Part shown: positions 8,065 through 18,900 of the stretch, in pieces
Layout of the letters: each line of letters opens with the position of its first letter
How positions within the stretch are numbered: the first letter of the stretch is position 1
Assembly: GCA_910576985.1 (NCBI GenBank)
Contig: CAJTLA010000001.1
Coordinates: 1-60,436 of the forward strand
Length of the DNA: 60,436 nucleotides
Direction: 5' to 3'
From: an uncultured Bacilli bacterium
GTDB lineage: Bacteria; Bacillota_I; Bacilli_A; RF39; UBA660
Notes under the pieces: model-generated
The model's input: the letters and a program-made list of their open reading frames with translations, nothing else
Told to the model about the DNA's origin: nothing
Database searches by the model: none
Made by a program: the position numbers and the translations under genes

Positions 8065-10456
8065 TCACTACAATGTTTACCAATTTTTTAGGAACAGTAA
8101 TCATTTTTACAATTTCTTTTCCTTCAAGGTTTTTCTTTACATTTTCAACTTCTAGGGCAAGACGTTCCATTTCTTCTTTGGTGGTATTGGTTGCTACTTC
8201 TATTTTTCCTCTGACTTTTCCATTCACTTGTACAATCATACAATAACTATCATCAATCGTTTTTGCTTCTTCATAAGTTGGCCATTTAGATTCACAAAGT
8301 GGGTCACCTAAGTGGTAAATCTCATTCAATTCTTCTGTTATATGAGGGGCAATTGGATTTAATAGGTGTAGAAATATACGATAATCCTCTTTGGTAATGG
8401 TTTCTAATTTTTCATAGTTATTTAATAAAATCATTAAAGCAGATACAGCAGTATTGTATTTCATTAATTCAATGTCATTGGTTACTTTTTTAATTGTTTG
8501 GTGAATTAGTGTTTCTAAACTATAACCTGTTTTGTCGTTTAAGGATTCTCCTAGTTTCCAAACACGGTCTAGAAAGCGCTTGCATCCTTTTAGACCATTG
8601 CTACTCCAAGCTGCTTCTTTTTCATAGTCACCAATAAACATTTCATAAGTTCTTAAGGCATCTGCTCCTAATTCTTCTACAATGTCATTTGGATTAATAA
8701 CGTTTCCCTTTGATTTGCTCATTTTTTCCCCATTGTCTCCTAAAATCATACCATGTGCTGTCCGAAGTTCAAATGGTTCTTTATTTGGTACTAATCCAAT
8801 ATTATAAAGGAATTGATTCCAAAATCTTGCATAAAGTAAGTGTCTTGTGGCGTGTTCCATTCCTCCATTATACCAATCTACTTTTCCCCAACAATTTAAT
8901 GCATCTTTGGAAACAAATTCATTTTCGTTATGGGCATCCATATAACGTAACCAATACCAACTAGAACCTGCCCAGTTTGGCATCGTGTCTGTTTCTCTTT
9001 TGGCATTCGCTCCACATTTTGGACAAGAAACATTCACCCAGTCTGTAATCTTCGCTAATGGGCTTTCTCCATCTTCTGTTGGTTCATAATGAGCGACTTC
9101 TGGTAATAACACTGGAAGTTCTTGTTCTCTTACAGGTACCCAACCGCAAGTATCACAATGGATCATTGGAATTGGTTCTCCCCAAAAACGTTGGCGAGAA
9201 AAAATCCAGTCTTGAAGTCGATAATTGGTTTTCCTTTTTCCTATTTTTTGTTCTTCTAAATAGTTCAACATTTTTTCAATAGATTCTTGTTTATTGGTAA
9301 GTCCATTTAAAATTCCTGAGTTTACCATTTCTCCATCCTGTGTATAGGCACTTTGTTTTATGTCTCCACCTTTAATGACTTCAATAATTGGAATATTAAA
9401 TTTTTTGGCAAATTCATAATCACGTTCATCATGGGCTGGAACTGCCATAATCGCTCCTGTTCCATAATGCATCATAACATAATCTCCTACCCAAATTTGA
9501 ATGTTTTCTCCATTTACTGGGTTTATCGCTTCTATTCCTTCTATTTTTACGCCTGTTTTTTCTTTGACTAATTCAGTTCTTTCAAATTCGGTTTTCATGC
9601 TTGTTTCTTCACGGTATTTGACAATTTCGCCAAAGTTTTGAATTTGATCTTTCATTGTTTCTAATATAGGATGTTCAGGTGCGACTACCATAAAGGTAAC
9701 TCCATATAATGTATCTGGTCTTGTTGTGTAGACTGTTAATGTTTCGTCAGAGTTTTTTATTTTAAATTCTACTTCTGCTCCTGTACTTTTTCCAATCCAA
9801 TTGATTTGTGCTGTTTTGATTCTTTCTTCAAATTGGTTATCATTTAATCCATCTAGTAATTGTTCTGCGTAATCACTCATACGAAGCATCCATTGTTCTT
9901 TTTCTTTTTGAACTACTTTAGATCCACAACGCTCACAAACACCTCCACTAGAGTCTTCATTTGATAAACCTGTTTTACAGTTTGGACACCAGTTGATATT
10001 TTTTTTGTCTTTATAAGCAAGTCCATGTTCATAAAATTTTAAAAATTGCCATTGTGTCCATTTATAGTATTCTGGGTCTGTTGTCGAGAATTCACGACTC
10101 CAATCATAGGAAATTCCTAAACTTTGGATTTGGGATTTGAATGTTTTTATGTTTTCTTTTACTGCTATGCTTGGATGAATTTTGTTTTTTATTGCGTATT
10201 GTTCTGCTGGGGCTCCAAATGCATCCCATCCCATTGGAAATAATACATTATATCCTTGCATTCTTCTTTTTCTAGCTAATGTGTCTAATGCTGTATAACT
10301 TCTAACATGTCCAACATGTAATCCTGCTCCTGATGGATATGGAAATTCTACTAAGATATAATATTTTTGCAATTCACTTTCATTTTTTGCTTCAAATGTT
10401 TTTTGTTCTTTCCAATATTTTTGCCATTTGTTTTCTATTCTTTTAAAATCATACAT
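8057..10456 (-). CDS. leuS: Leucine--tRNA ligase
   Basis: 799 aa. Contains PYPSGAGLHVGH (HIGH motif), KMSKSKGN (KMSKS motif), and the CP1 editing domain. Confidence 0.97.
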   Translation of the reverse strand: MYDFKRIENKWQKYWKEQKTFEAKNESELQKYYILVEFPYPSGAGLHVGHVRSYTALDTLARKRRMQGYNVLFPMGWDAFGAPAEQYAIKNKIHPSIAVKENIKTFKSQIQSLGISYDWSREFSTTDPEYYKWTQWQFLKFYEHGLAYKDKKNINWCPNCKTGLSNEDSSGGVCERCGSKVVQKEKEQWMLRMSDYAEQLLDGLNDNQFEERIKTAQINWIGKSTGAEVEFKIKNSDETLTVYTTRPDTLYGVTFMVVAPEHPILETMKDQIQNFGEIVKYREETSMKTEFERTELVKEKTGVKIEGIEAINPVNGENIQIWVGDYVMMHYGTGAIMAVPAHDERDYEFAKKFNIPIIEVIKGGDIKQSAYTQDGEMVNSGILNGLTNKQESIEKMLNYLEEQKIGKRKTNYRLQDWIFSRQRFWGEPIPMIHCDTCGWVPVREQELPVLLPEVAHYEPTEDGESPLAKITDWVNVSCPKCGANAKRETDTMPNWAGSSWYWLRYMDAHNENEFVSKDALNCWGKVDWYNGGMEHATRHLLYARFWNQFLYNIGLVPNKEPFELRTAHGMILGDNGEKMSKSKGNVINPNDIVEELGADALRTYEMFIGDYEKEAAWSSNGLKGCKRFLDRVWKLGESLNDKTGYSLETLIHQTIKKVTNDIELMKYNTAVSALMILLNNYEKLETITKEDYRIFLHLLNPIAPHITEELNEIYHLGDPLCESKWPTYEEAKTIDDSYCMIVQVNGKVRGKIEVATNTTKEEMERLALEVENVKKNLEGKEIVKMITVPKKLVNIVVKD

Positions 10457-10802
10457 ATTTATTCACTTCTTTCTTTTTATATTTCTGTCCTATGTAATGG
10501 TATCCTAAAATGATGAGTGGAATTAGTATTACAAATCCTACCAATAGTTTTACTATGTAATTTTCTATAAAATCTGTAATTAAAAAGGTAAGAGCAATAA
10601 TAAAACTGTTGGTTAAAGCAATGGATCGTGCAAATTTTTTTTTGTCTAATTTTTTTGGTTCCAATTTATATTTTTTAATAATAAATGATGCTTGTCCACT
10701 CTTTTCAAATGTCTCCATTTTTTGTTTGTTTTTGAGCACTGTAATATAATACAGCAGGTAAATGAAGAAAAAAACAATGATTGTTACTATAATACGTTCC
10801 AT
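10449..10802 (-). CDS. Small two-/three-TM membrane protein, co-transcribed with leuS
   Basis: AGGAGG RBS directly after the T-box leader. Overlaps leuS by 8 nt. No family was recognised. Confidence 0.55.
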   Translation of the reverse strand: MERIIVTIIVFFFIYLLYYITVLKNKQKMETFEKSGQASFIIKKYKLEPKKLDKKKFARSIALTNSFIIALTFLITDFIENYIVKLLVGFVILIPLIILGYHYIGQKYKKKEVNKYV

Positions 10803-11030
10803 AAAATCCTCCTACGAAAAAAGTACCATGATATAAGGACGAGTTTTCCCGCGGTACCACCTTACTTCATAATACTTTATTATGCGCTTTCCAGATAACG
10901 GCTGGGACCGCTTAATCGAACAGGATAAGTAAGTTCGGAATGGAAATATTCAGATTTTCACCAACCATCTGCTCTCTTTTTTTATTTCTCTTTTCTTACT
11001 ACTCTTATCTTTTTGTCTTTTTTTAACAAC
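10803..11030 (-). promoter_or_regulatory. T-box riboswitch leader, leucine-specific
   Basis: On the minus strand, in order: AGAGAG (AG bulge), GGTGAAA (distal loop), specifier loop GAA-CUU-A (CUU at 10931-10933), T-box sequence AAGGTGGTACCGCGGG (10848-10861), then a GTACC...GGTAC stem followed by T6. Confidence 0.85.
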
Positions 11031-11036
11031 ACGTTT

Positions 11037-11065
11037 ATTATAATATATATTTTTTTTTATTTCAA
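11037..11065 (-). promoter_or_regulatory. Sigma-A type promoter of the T-box/leuS transcript
   Basis: The minus strand reads TTGAAA (11060-11065), a 17-nt spacer, then TATAAT (11037-11042). Confidence 0.6.
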
Positions 11066-11070
11066 GTGTT

Positions 11071-13488
11071 TTATACTTGATTTACGTATTCTAATAGTTT
11101 TAAAAATAGTTTCATAAATTTTCGTTCTATGATATTTTTGTTTCCCATTTTACGTATTTCAATTCGTTTCTTTTTGATTGGAAGTTCTGGATCAAATAAT
11201 ACAGCATCTACTTTTTCTTTGGTTTCTGTTTCTATTTGTAAGTCACTAATGATCCCTTCTATTTCTTCATTAATTAGTCGAACGGCATCGATTTCTATGT
11301 CTTTTCCTTTGCAGTTAATGGTTAATTGGCCAATTGTTTTTACGTTTTTTACTTCTACAATAAAGTCATTTCCTTCTATATAGGATTCATATCCTAGTTG
11401 GGTATCGTTAAAGTATACGATGACTTCATTAGATTGTTTGGTGTTACGAAATCTAAATTTGTAATTGCGTGTTTCTGGTACAATTCCACTTTTTCCTTCT
11501 AATGCTCGTACAATCACTGTATAATTATTTGGCATATAGTTATAATCAATAGAGGTAAGCAGGTAAAATCCTTTTCGATATAAGTCACTTACTCCATCAT
11601 CTTCATACATTTTATATAAGTTACTTTGTCCTGGAAAAATTTGTATCTCTAGGTTTTTTGGTGGTGTAGTATCATTGAGATTGTCATTATCTCCAAGTGG
11701 GATAATTGATCCTGCTCTTACGAATACAGGATAGTCTTGATCTTTGAAAAACATGGTGTAGTTTCTTCCTCCTGGAAATTTTTTTCCTGTTACAAAGTCA
11801 TACCAAGTTCCGTCTGGCATGAAAAATTTATGGATCACGCGATTCATGACGTAGTCTTTTTTCTTGGTAATTGGTGAAACAAAGAAGGCACTTCCAAAAT
11901 AGTATTCGTCTTTATATAATGGGTCATCGTACATTTCTGGATATTTATAATAAATTGGTTCTATGAGTGGGGTTCCAAATTGATGATATTTATAAGCTTC
12001 TGTATATAGATATGGAATTAATCGATGGCGGAGTTGCAGGTAATCTTTTGTAATTTCATAAGTTTTTATACTCCAACGCCAAGGTTCTCTTTTGTAGTAT
12101 TTTCCTGCTTCTGCTCCAAATTTGAAAATAGGAGAAAAGACACCAAGTTGTACATATCGAATATAAAGTTCATTGTCTTCTGTTCCTTTGAAATATCCAC
12201 CAATATCGTGTGACCAAAAGCTTACTCCTATATTGGTTGCAGTTGCATTATGGAGTGGGATTCGTTTTAAGGTGTCCCATCCGACTGTTGTTTTCCCAGA
12301 GTATAATACTGGATAACGATGAGGAGCAACGAGTGAGTTATGTGCTAGTACCATTGGTCTTCTTTTGTAGTTTCTCATCATATCAAAAAATTGATAATGT
12401 TTTAATAGTTGTAATTCTCCGATTCTTTTTTTGTCAAAGTAATCAATCCAGAAGAAGTCGACTCCTGCTCCATCTAATGGATGAATAAATAGTTTTAAGT
12501 AAACGTCTACTGCTTTTGGGTCAAATACATGAAAAGGAATGACTCCATTTTTATCTGTTCCAAGGTAAGTTTTTGCTTTTTCGTAATATTCATCAATTGG
12601 GTAAAAGCCTTCCATTGGGCTGATATTGAGTCCTAATCGAATTCCTTTTGAGTGTAAATAGTTTGTCATATCTAGTGGAGATTGAAATAATTCTGTATTC
12701 CACGTAAAGCCTGTCATCAAGTGTTTGTCTTTAAAGTAAGTTCGTTTATGCCAATCTTTATCTAGTAATAACACAGATAGCGGAATTTCTTTCAAGCTGA
12801 AGTTATCGATCAGTTGTTTTAGTTCTATATCGTTATAAGTGATGTTTCTACTCCACCAGTTTCCTAATGCATATCTTGGGATTAGTGCTGGTTTTCCAGT
12901 TAGTGCAAAGTAATCTTTTAGGCAAAGGTCAAAGTCTTTATTATAACAAAATAAGTAAATGTCAATTCCTATATTTTCTCTTGGTGATAGTGTTCCGTTT
13001 TCATTTAAGAGGTCTGTTTTGGAGTCATCAATGCTTGCGAATCCATCTATGGAATATAGTGCTTTTCTATAAAGTACTTTTCCATGTTCATCTACTAATT
13101 CAGATCCAGGAGCACCAAAGTTACGAATTTCTGGATGTCCATAATACCATGCTCGATCTGTTTTTTTTAGGTGAACTTTTAGGTTTGACATTGGATTTAC
13201 TTTTCCACCGTTAAAGTTTTTTTCTTTTGTGTAAACCAATTTTAAGTATTCGGTTTCTAGTTCTAAGTAGTTGGCATCTTCTTTTTTAGTGAATGGAACT
13301 TCTGGTAAGTTTCGATACCAAATCAGGTTGGTTGGTCTATCTTCAAAGATGCCTTCTTCGTTATATTCTAGACGAATGAGTCGTTCTGTTAAGACTGTGA
13401 TGCGATATTTGTTTCCTTTTATAATTTGTTTTGGATTCATTAAAGCCAATTCTTGGTTTATTTTAAATTGTTCTCCTAAGTTATACAT
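11071..13488 (-). CDS. Glycoside hydrolase family 31 (alpha-glucosidase/alpha-xylosidase type)
   Basis: 805 aa. Contains GVDFFWIDY (nucleophile region) and FWSHDIGGY. It begins 15 nt after the pyk stop with its own GGAG RBS. Confidence 0.85.
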   Translation of the reverse strand: MYNLGEQFKINQELALMNPKQIIKGNKYRITVLTERLIRLEYNEEGIFEDRPTNLIWYRNLPEVPFTKKEDANYLELETEYLKLVYTKEKNFNGGKVNPMSNLKVHLKKTDRAWYYGHPEIRNFGAPGSELVDEHGKVLYRKALYSIDGFASIDDSKTDLLNENGTLSPRENIGIDIYLFCYNKDFDLCLKDYFALTGKPALIPRYALGNWWSRNITYNDIELKQLIDNFSLKEIPLSVLLLDKDWHKRTYFKDKHLMTGFTWNTELFQSPLDMTNYLHSKGIRLGLNISPMEGFYPIDEYYEKAKTYLGTDKNGVIPFHVFDPKAVDVYLKLFIHPLDGAGVDFFWIDYFDKKRIGELQLLKHYQFFDMMRNYKRRPMVLAHNSLVAPHRYPVLYSGKTTVGWDTLKRIPLHNATATNIGVSFWSHDIGGYFKGTEDNELYIRYVQLGVFSPIFKFGAEAGKYYKREPWRWSIKTYEITKDYLQLRHRLIPYLYTEAYKYHQFGTPLIEPIYYKYPEMYDDPLYKDEYYFGSAFFVSPITKKKDYVMNRVIHKFFMPDGTWYDFVTGKKFPGGRNYTMFFKDQDYPVFVRAGSIIPLGDNDNLNDTTPPKNLEIQIFPGQSNLYKMYEDDGVSDLYRKGFYLLTSIDYNYMPNNYTVIVRALEGKSGIVPETRNYKFRFRNTKQSNEVIVYFNDTQLGYESYIEGNDFIVEVKNVKTIGQLTINCKGKDIEIDAVRLINEEIEGIISDLQIETETKEKVDAVLFDPELPIKKKRIEIRKMGNKNIIERKFMKLFLKLLEYVNQV

Positions 13489-13503
13489 AGAATCAACTCC
13501 CTT

Positions 13504-14919
13504 TTATAATTCTTCTATTTTCATAAAGTTTGTATATTTTACTTCTTTGAATGGATATCCTCCTGTGATAATGATTTTGTCTCCATCATTAATGTCCATG
13601 AGCTTTTTTGTGATTTCTTTTGAGCGTTTGGTGATTTTATCAAATGAGCTAATTTCGTCTACCAAGACTGGTGTTATTCCAAAATGAAGGTTTAGACTTT
13701 TTACAGTACTAATATCAGGGCTTACTGCAATGATAGGACAGCTTGGTCGAAAACGGCTCATTTTTTTTGCGGTATATCCTGTTATGGTCGGGGCAATAAT
13801 TGCGCAACATTTTAGTCTATTAGCGCATTCTGTGACGCTATAGGCAATCATTCCTGTGATGTCTTGTTTTTCAGTTCGCATTGCTTTATCCAATAATTCT
13901 AAATAGTTAATTTCTTCTTCTGCTGATTCAATAATTTTTTCCATGATAGATAGTGTTTCTACTGGATATTTTCCAATTGTGGTTTCTCCTGAAAGCATTA
14001 CGGCATCGGTTCCATCTAATACTGCATTGGCGATATCGCTTACTTCTGCTCTTGTTGGTCTACTATTTGTTTCCATTGTTGATAATAGTTCGGTTGCGAC
14101 AATACTTACTTTTCCTATGTTATGACATTTACTAATGATACTTTTTTGAATTCCAGGAACTCGTTCCATTGGTATTTCTACTCCAAGGTCTCCTCTTGCA
14201 ATCATAATTCCTTCACTGACTCTGATAATTTCATCAATTTCTTCTACGGCTGATTCATTTTCGATTTTGGCAATGATTCCAATGTGATCGTTGTTTAATC
14301 CGATTAAAATATCATTAATTCCTAAGACGTCTTCTGCTGTGGAAACAAAGGAAAGGGCTAAATAGTCTACTTTCATTTGATTGGCAAACAAAATGTCTTT
14401 ATAGTCTTTTTCGCTTAGGAAAGGAAGAGATAGTTTTACGCCTGGGGCATTTAATGATTTATTATTTTCAATGGTTCCTTCTTTGATCACTTCGCATAAT
14501 AAATAGTTTGTTCCTTTTTCTAAGACTTGTAATTCGATAATTCCATCATCAATTTTTAAAATGGTATTATAGTGAACATCTTGAATTAAGTTTTTGTAAT
14601 TGACACTAAACTTTGTGTTATCACCAATTAGTTCTTCCATATAGATGCGAATTCGGTCTCCTTTTTTTAGCAAGGCTTTTCCTCCGACAAATTTTCCAAC
14701 TCTAACATTTGGTCCTTCTGTATCTAGCATAATAGAAACTACTGTGTTTAATTCTTTGTTGAGTTCTTGTATTTTATGGATGACATCTTTGCAAAAGTCA
14801 TAGTCAGCGTGACTTAGATTGAGTCGCGCGACTGACATTCCTTGATTGATTAATCCTTTTAAGCATTCTTTGGAATTGCTAGCAGGTCCTATGGTTGCTA
14901 TTATCTTAGTTTTATTCAT
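13504..14919 (-). CDS. pyk: Pyruvate kinase
   Basis: Sequence KTKIIATIGPAS...ARLNLSH...MLDTEGP...IAKIEN...MIARGDLGVEIP. Confidence 0.96.
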   Translation of the reverse strand: MNKTKIIATIGPASNSKECLKGLINQGMSVARLNLSHADYDFCKDVIHKIQELNKELNTVVSIMLDTEGPNVRVGKFVGGKALLKKGDRIRIYMEELIGDNTKFSVNYKNLIQDVHYNTILKIDDGIIELQVLEKGTNYLLCEVIKEGTIENNKSLNAPGVKLSLPFLSEKDYKDILFANQMKVDYLALSFVSTAEDVLGINDILIGLNNDHIGIIAKIENESAVEEIDEIIRVSEGIMIARGDLGVEIPMERVPGIQKSIISKCHNIGKVSIVATELLSTMETNSRPTRAEVSDIANAVLDGTDAVMLSGETTIGKYPVETLSIMEKIIESAEEEINYLELLDKAMRTEKQDITGMIAYSVTECANRLKCCAIIAPTITGYTAKKMSRFRPSCPIIAVSPDISTVKSLNLHFGITPVLVDEISSFDKITKRSKEITKKLMDINDGDKIIITGGYPFKEVKYTNFMKIEEL

Positions 14920-14935
14920 AGTATCACCTTATTTT

Positions 14936-14964
14936 ATTATACCAATATTTGTAGAGTTTCAAAA
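14936..14964 (-). promoter_or_regulatory. Candidate pyk promoter
   Basis: The minus strand has an extended -10 TGgTATAAT (14936-14944), with TTTTGA/TTGAAA 15-17 nt upstream. Confidence 0.4.
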
Positions 14965-15057
14965 GAGGTTTTTATCAATTATTCAAAAAAAATGTATTTT
15001 TTTCTTAGTTGTGAAACTTCTTTGTTATCAATGACAAAATAAAAACTGATAAAATTA

Positions 15058-15300
15058 TCAATTTTTAACTTTGACTTTTTTATCAGTTTTTGCTGTCCTA
15101 TTCTGTCTTTTTATAACTTTTGTTTTATTGTTGAAACCTTCTGTTAATCCATTGCTATAGTCATATATAATTGCATTTTTAACTGCATCTATATCACTTT
15201 CAATAAGATTAATAAAACTATTTAATTCTATAATGTCTAGTAATTTTGCTTTTTCTATCCATTTGTCTAACTGTTCTGGTTTTTGAGAAAAAATAACTGT
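15058..15300 (-). mobile_element. ISL3-family transposase, C-terminal fragment (remnant)
   Basis: The minus frame reads TVIFSQKPEQLDKWIEKAKLLDIIELNSFINLIESDIDAVKNAIIYDYSNGLTEGFNNKTKVIKRQ. The SNGxxEGxNNKxKxIKR block is the ISL3 hallmark. There is no N-terminal part, and stops lie immediately upstream. Confidence 0.6.
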
Positions 15301-15574
15301 ATGTTACTATTTCGATTGAAATAGTTTAAAAAGCAGAAATCTGTTAGTTATGTAATTTCTTTTGAATTTAATGAATATTATGAGTTATTTAAATTATAAA
15401 TGACTTTTATCACATTTTTTTTATTTTTGTGAATTTGATTGTTTCATAGATAATAATCTGTCTTGTCCTACTTGGTCTGTCACTACTGCTATTGCATTAT
15501 CTAAGAAGTTGTTTATAATTTCTTTATATACTAATAGTTGTTTCAATTACTTCTGCTTCTTCTATTCCTAAGAA

Positions 15575-15670
15575 TTGGTATTTTTTATATCCCATAGATG
15601 TTTCAAACTCTGCATTCATCATTTCCTGTAGAGAATCTTTAAACAAATCTTTAATTGCACTTGTTATTAT
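15575..15670 (-). mobile_element. Possible IS256-family transposase N-terminal scrap
   Basis: The minus frame IITSAIKDLFKDSLQEMMNAEFETSMGYKKYQ resembles the IS256 IKxLxxxxLexxLxaExxxhLGYxKY block. The similarity covers only about 30 aa and is followed by stops. Confidence 0.3.
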
Positions 15671-15805
15671 AAATTATCTATGCTAAATAATAACAGGAAG
15701 ACAAAAGTCATGATTATAATTATCTCATAATCTCCTGTGAATTTTTTTCTAACATTTGTTAGTCTTTAGTTTTTAATGTATAGTGGTTACCACCACATAT
15801 ACAAA

Positions 15806-15846
15806 AGCAAAAAACATTTGTTCGCCCTGGAACAAAGGCTTTTTAT
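15806..15846 (-). terminator. Bidirectional rho-independent terminator about 100 nt downstream of hsdR
   Basis: Hairpin catttgttc-gccctg-gaacaaagg (15815-15838). The minus strand continues with TTTTTTGCTTTT, and the plus strand continues with CTTTTT. Confidence 0.55.
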
Positions 15847-15947
15847 ATACCACTATTTGCAAGACAAACCTTTGTACTGTCACTTCCGTATAATGCATAT
15901 TACCATAGATCTTCAAAGAAATCAATATCACTCTACGATTTATTCTG

Positions 15948-18900
15948 CTAAATCTTTTGTTGCTTATAGCACCCATTGCCATTAATCAAGTCAATTATTG
16001 CAATTATGATCTGAATTATATTCATTTGACCATCAAATAATTCTAGAATACTTCCATAATTAGTAAATGGATCTTCATTTAAAATACGTTTGTCTATTAC
16101 TCCATTTTTCATAATATAATTTTTAATTAAGTTTAGAAATCTTGTCTGTTCGACATTTAGTTCGTTATCATTTTCAAATTTAGAAAATTCTCTGTCTATT
16201 GCCTCCTTAGATAAACCAACAGTCTTTCTTACCAATAGTACTAGTGATTCATCATTATAGTTTATCTTATATTCTGCTTCATTTGAATTTAAATCAGCAA
16301 ATAATATTTCTTGTAATTTATTAATTTCTTTAGAACTAATTCTTTCATTATTTCTAATTTTATTAATAATTTCATTATCCATATGATTTTTCAAATAGAA
16401 ATTAATTTTTTTCTTATAATCAGATAAATCTTGTTGTTCAATTTTTCTGTCATCATGTTCAACTATATTAATATCATCACTAAAATCAGTGTAAACAGCT
16501 TTTCTAATTCTTTTTGGCAAATACTTGATTAACTCTCTTAACGAATCTCTTATTCTATCTATTTCAAAAATATCTGCTTTATTTATATAGTCCTCTTTTA
16601 ACAATTTTTGAACATCATCTTTTTTGTTAGCGACTTGTGGAATATTCATTAATCCTATAAGACCTTCTCCAATATGAGATAATCTACTTTTTTCTCTTTC
16701 ATATCTCATATTTAACATTTTTGATAATTCTATAGATAACATTAATCGGTCAAATTGTTTTGCAGTTTCATCATTATCATTTGACATAATTAATGAAGTC
16801 AAATTATCCTTAATTTCTTTTACTGCTAAATCAGTTAAATTATTCCAATTAACAATGTCTTTATACTTCTCAACATACTGCATTTTTTGTTTAACGTCAA
16901 ATTTTAAAGTATTAAGAGAAGAAATAGTATCAACGAGTTGTTCTAATAAAATATTTTTATACCACAAATATTCATTATCATTTAAGTAATCTACTTTCTG
17001 TAATTCTCTTAATATATCCACCTTCAATTCAAATATAAATTGCGATAGGCTCATTCCAATTGTACATTCTTTGCCTTTCGGATTTTGATCAAAAAATTCA
17101 AAATTTTGACAAGCATCAAATATATAAAATTCTTTTTTATCTTTCCCCCATCCGAACAAATCTGGACATAGTCTAGTTCCTCGACCAATCATTTGCAAAA
17201 ATTTAACTTTAGATTTTACTTCCTTAAAAAATACTAAATTTACTATTTCAGGAATATCAATTCCGGTATCTAACATATCTACGGATATTGCTATTTGTGG
17301 CATTTTAGTACAATCAGAAAAATCTTCTATGAGTGATGAATAATAATTTGTATGAATATCTATAACTCTAGCAAAATGTCCATTATACTGCGGAAATAAT
17401 ATATTAAACCTTTTTTCTATAACTTCAGCATGTTTATGATTTTTGGCAAATATAATGGTTTTACCAAGCTTATCATTGCTTTCCACTTTTAATCCCTTTT
17501 CCATCATAACAGTCAAAATTTTATCTATTGTATCATTGTTAAATAGCCAACTATTTATATCAGATGCTTTTACAGAATCAACTATCTCCTCATCTTCAGC
17601 AAATGTATCCTCAAATTCTTCTTTGTCTTTATCTGACAATTCATCATATTTAATACCATCTCTAATAAAACCAGTAGAACATTCAATTGTATGATAATCA
17701 ACTAGGAAACCATTAGCAACAGCTTCTTCATATTCATATGAATAGGTAGGTACATTATCCTGAAGTTCAAATATTTTATAAGTATTTTTATCTATATCAC
17801 TTCGAGGTGTAGCTGTTAATCCTAACAGTAATCCATCAAAGTATTCAAATATGGCTTGATATTTTTTGTAAATGCTTCTGTGAGCTTCATCAACTATAAT
17901 CAAATCAAAATGACCCACTGTAAATAGTTTCTTATCATCTTTTGTTTTTATATCATCAATTGCATTCATCATTGTTTGATAAGTAGAAAATACCATCCTT
18001 GCATTTTCAGCATTTTCTTTTTCAAAAGTTAAATTAATTGTAGATAATGATGGAATTAATTTATTAAAGCTCTTTTTGGCTTGTTTTACTAATTCTGCTC
18101 TGTCCGCTAAAAATAAGACATTCTTAACCCAATTTGAATTTGTTAGCACATCTACTATAGAAACTGCTGTTCTTGTCTTACCTGTTCCTGTGGCCATCAC
18201 TAACAATCCCTTTCTTTGATGATTGTTCAAATCATCGCAAAAAGCTTTAATGGCTTCCTGTTGATAAGTTCTATTAGTAATAGTATCATCTATAGATATA
18301 TTTTTTAAATCTTTTTTCAAAGTTCTTCTATCTATTAGTAATTGTAATTGTTCTTGTGTATAATAACCTGATACTTTTCTATACGGATAATTACAATCAT
18401 CCCACATATAAATATCAAACCCATTAGTAAAGAAAATTACTGGTCTTTGTCCATATTTATTTTCTAAACAATCAGCATATATTTTAGCTTGCTGCTGCCC
18501 AACTCTAGCATCCTTAGAAGTTCTTTTTGCTTCTACTAAAGCAACAGGCTTACCATTTGCACCCATTAGAACATAATCGACGAATCCGTCACCTGATACA
18601 TTCGGCATTCCAGTTACAGGCAACTCCTCAACCATATTTTTATTAATTTCCCATCCAGCTATTTCTAAATCTAAATCAATATATTGTTTACGAGTCTTAA
18701 ACTCTGATATATCTTTAATATCAAATGGAATAGAACTTTCTCTTTGTTTTCTTATTTTTGAAGTTTCATTTCTTAATGATTCAAATTCTTTTTGTAGTTG
18801 TTCAATTGTCTTCTCATTAGCTTCTAATCTTTCTAATAGTTCTAATTTTTCTTTTTCTAATGCTTTATTATTTACAGGGTCAGAAACAATAGATTCATTA

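Noticed and set aside
15773-15985. Two mirror-image 69-aa ORFs on opposite strands just downstream of hsdR.
   Set aside because: Neither has an RBS or a recognisable family. The segment contains the bidirectional terminator hairpin (15815-15838) and overlaps the hsdR 3' end. It is interpreted as non-coding 3' UTR or island debris.
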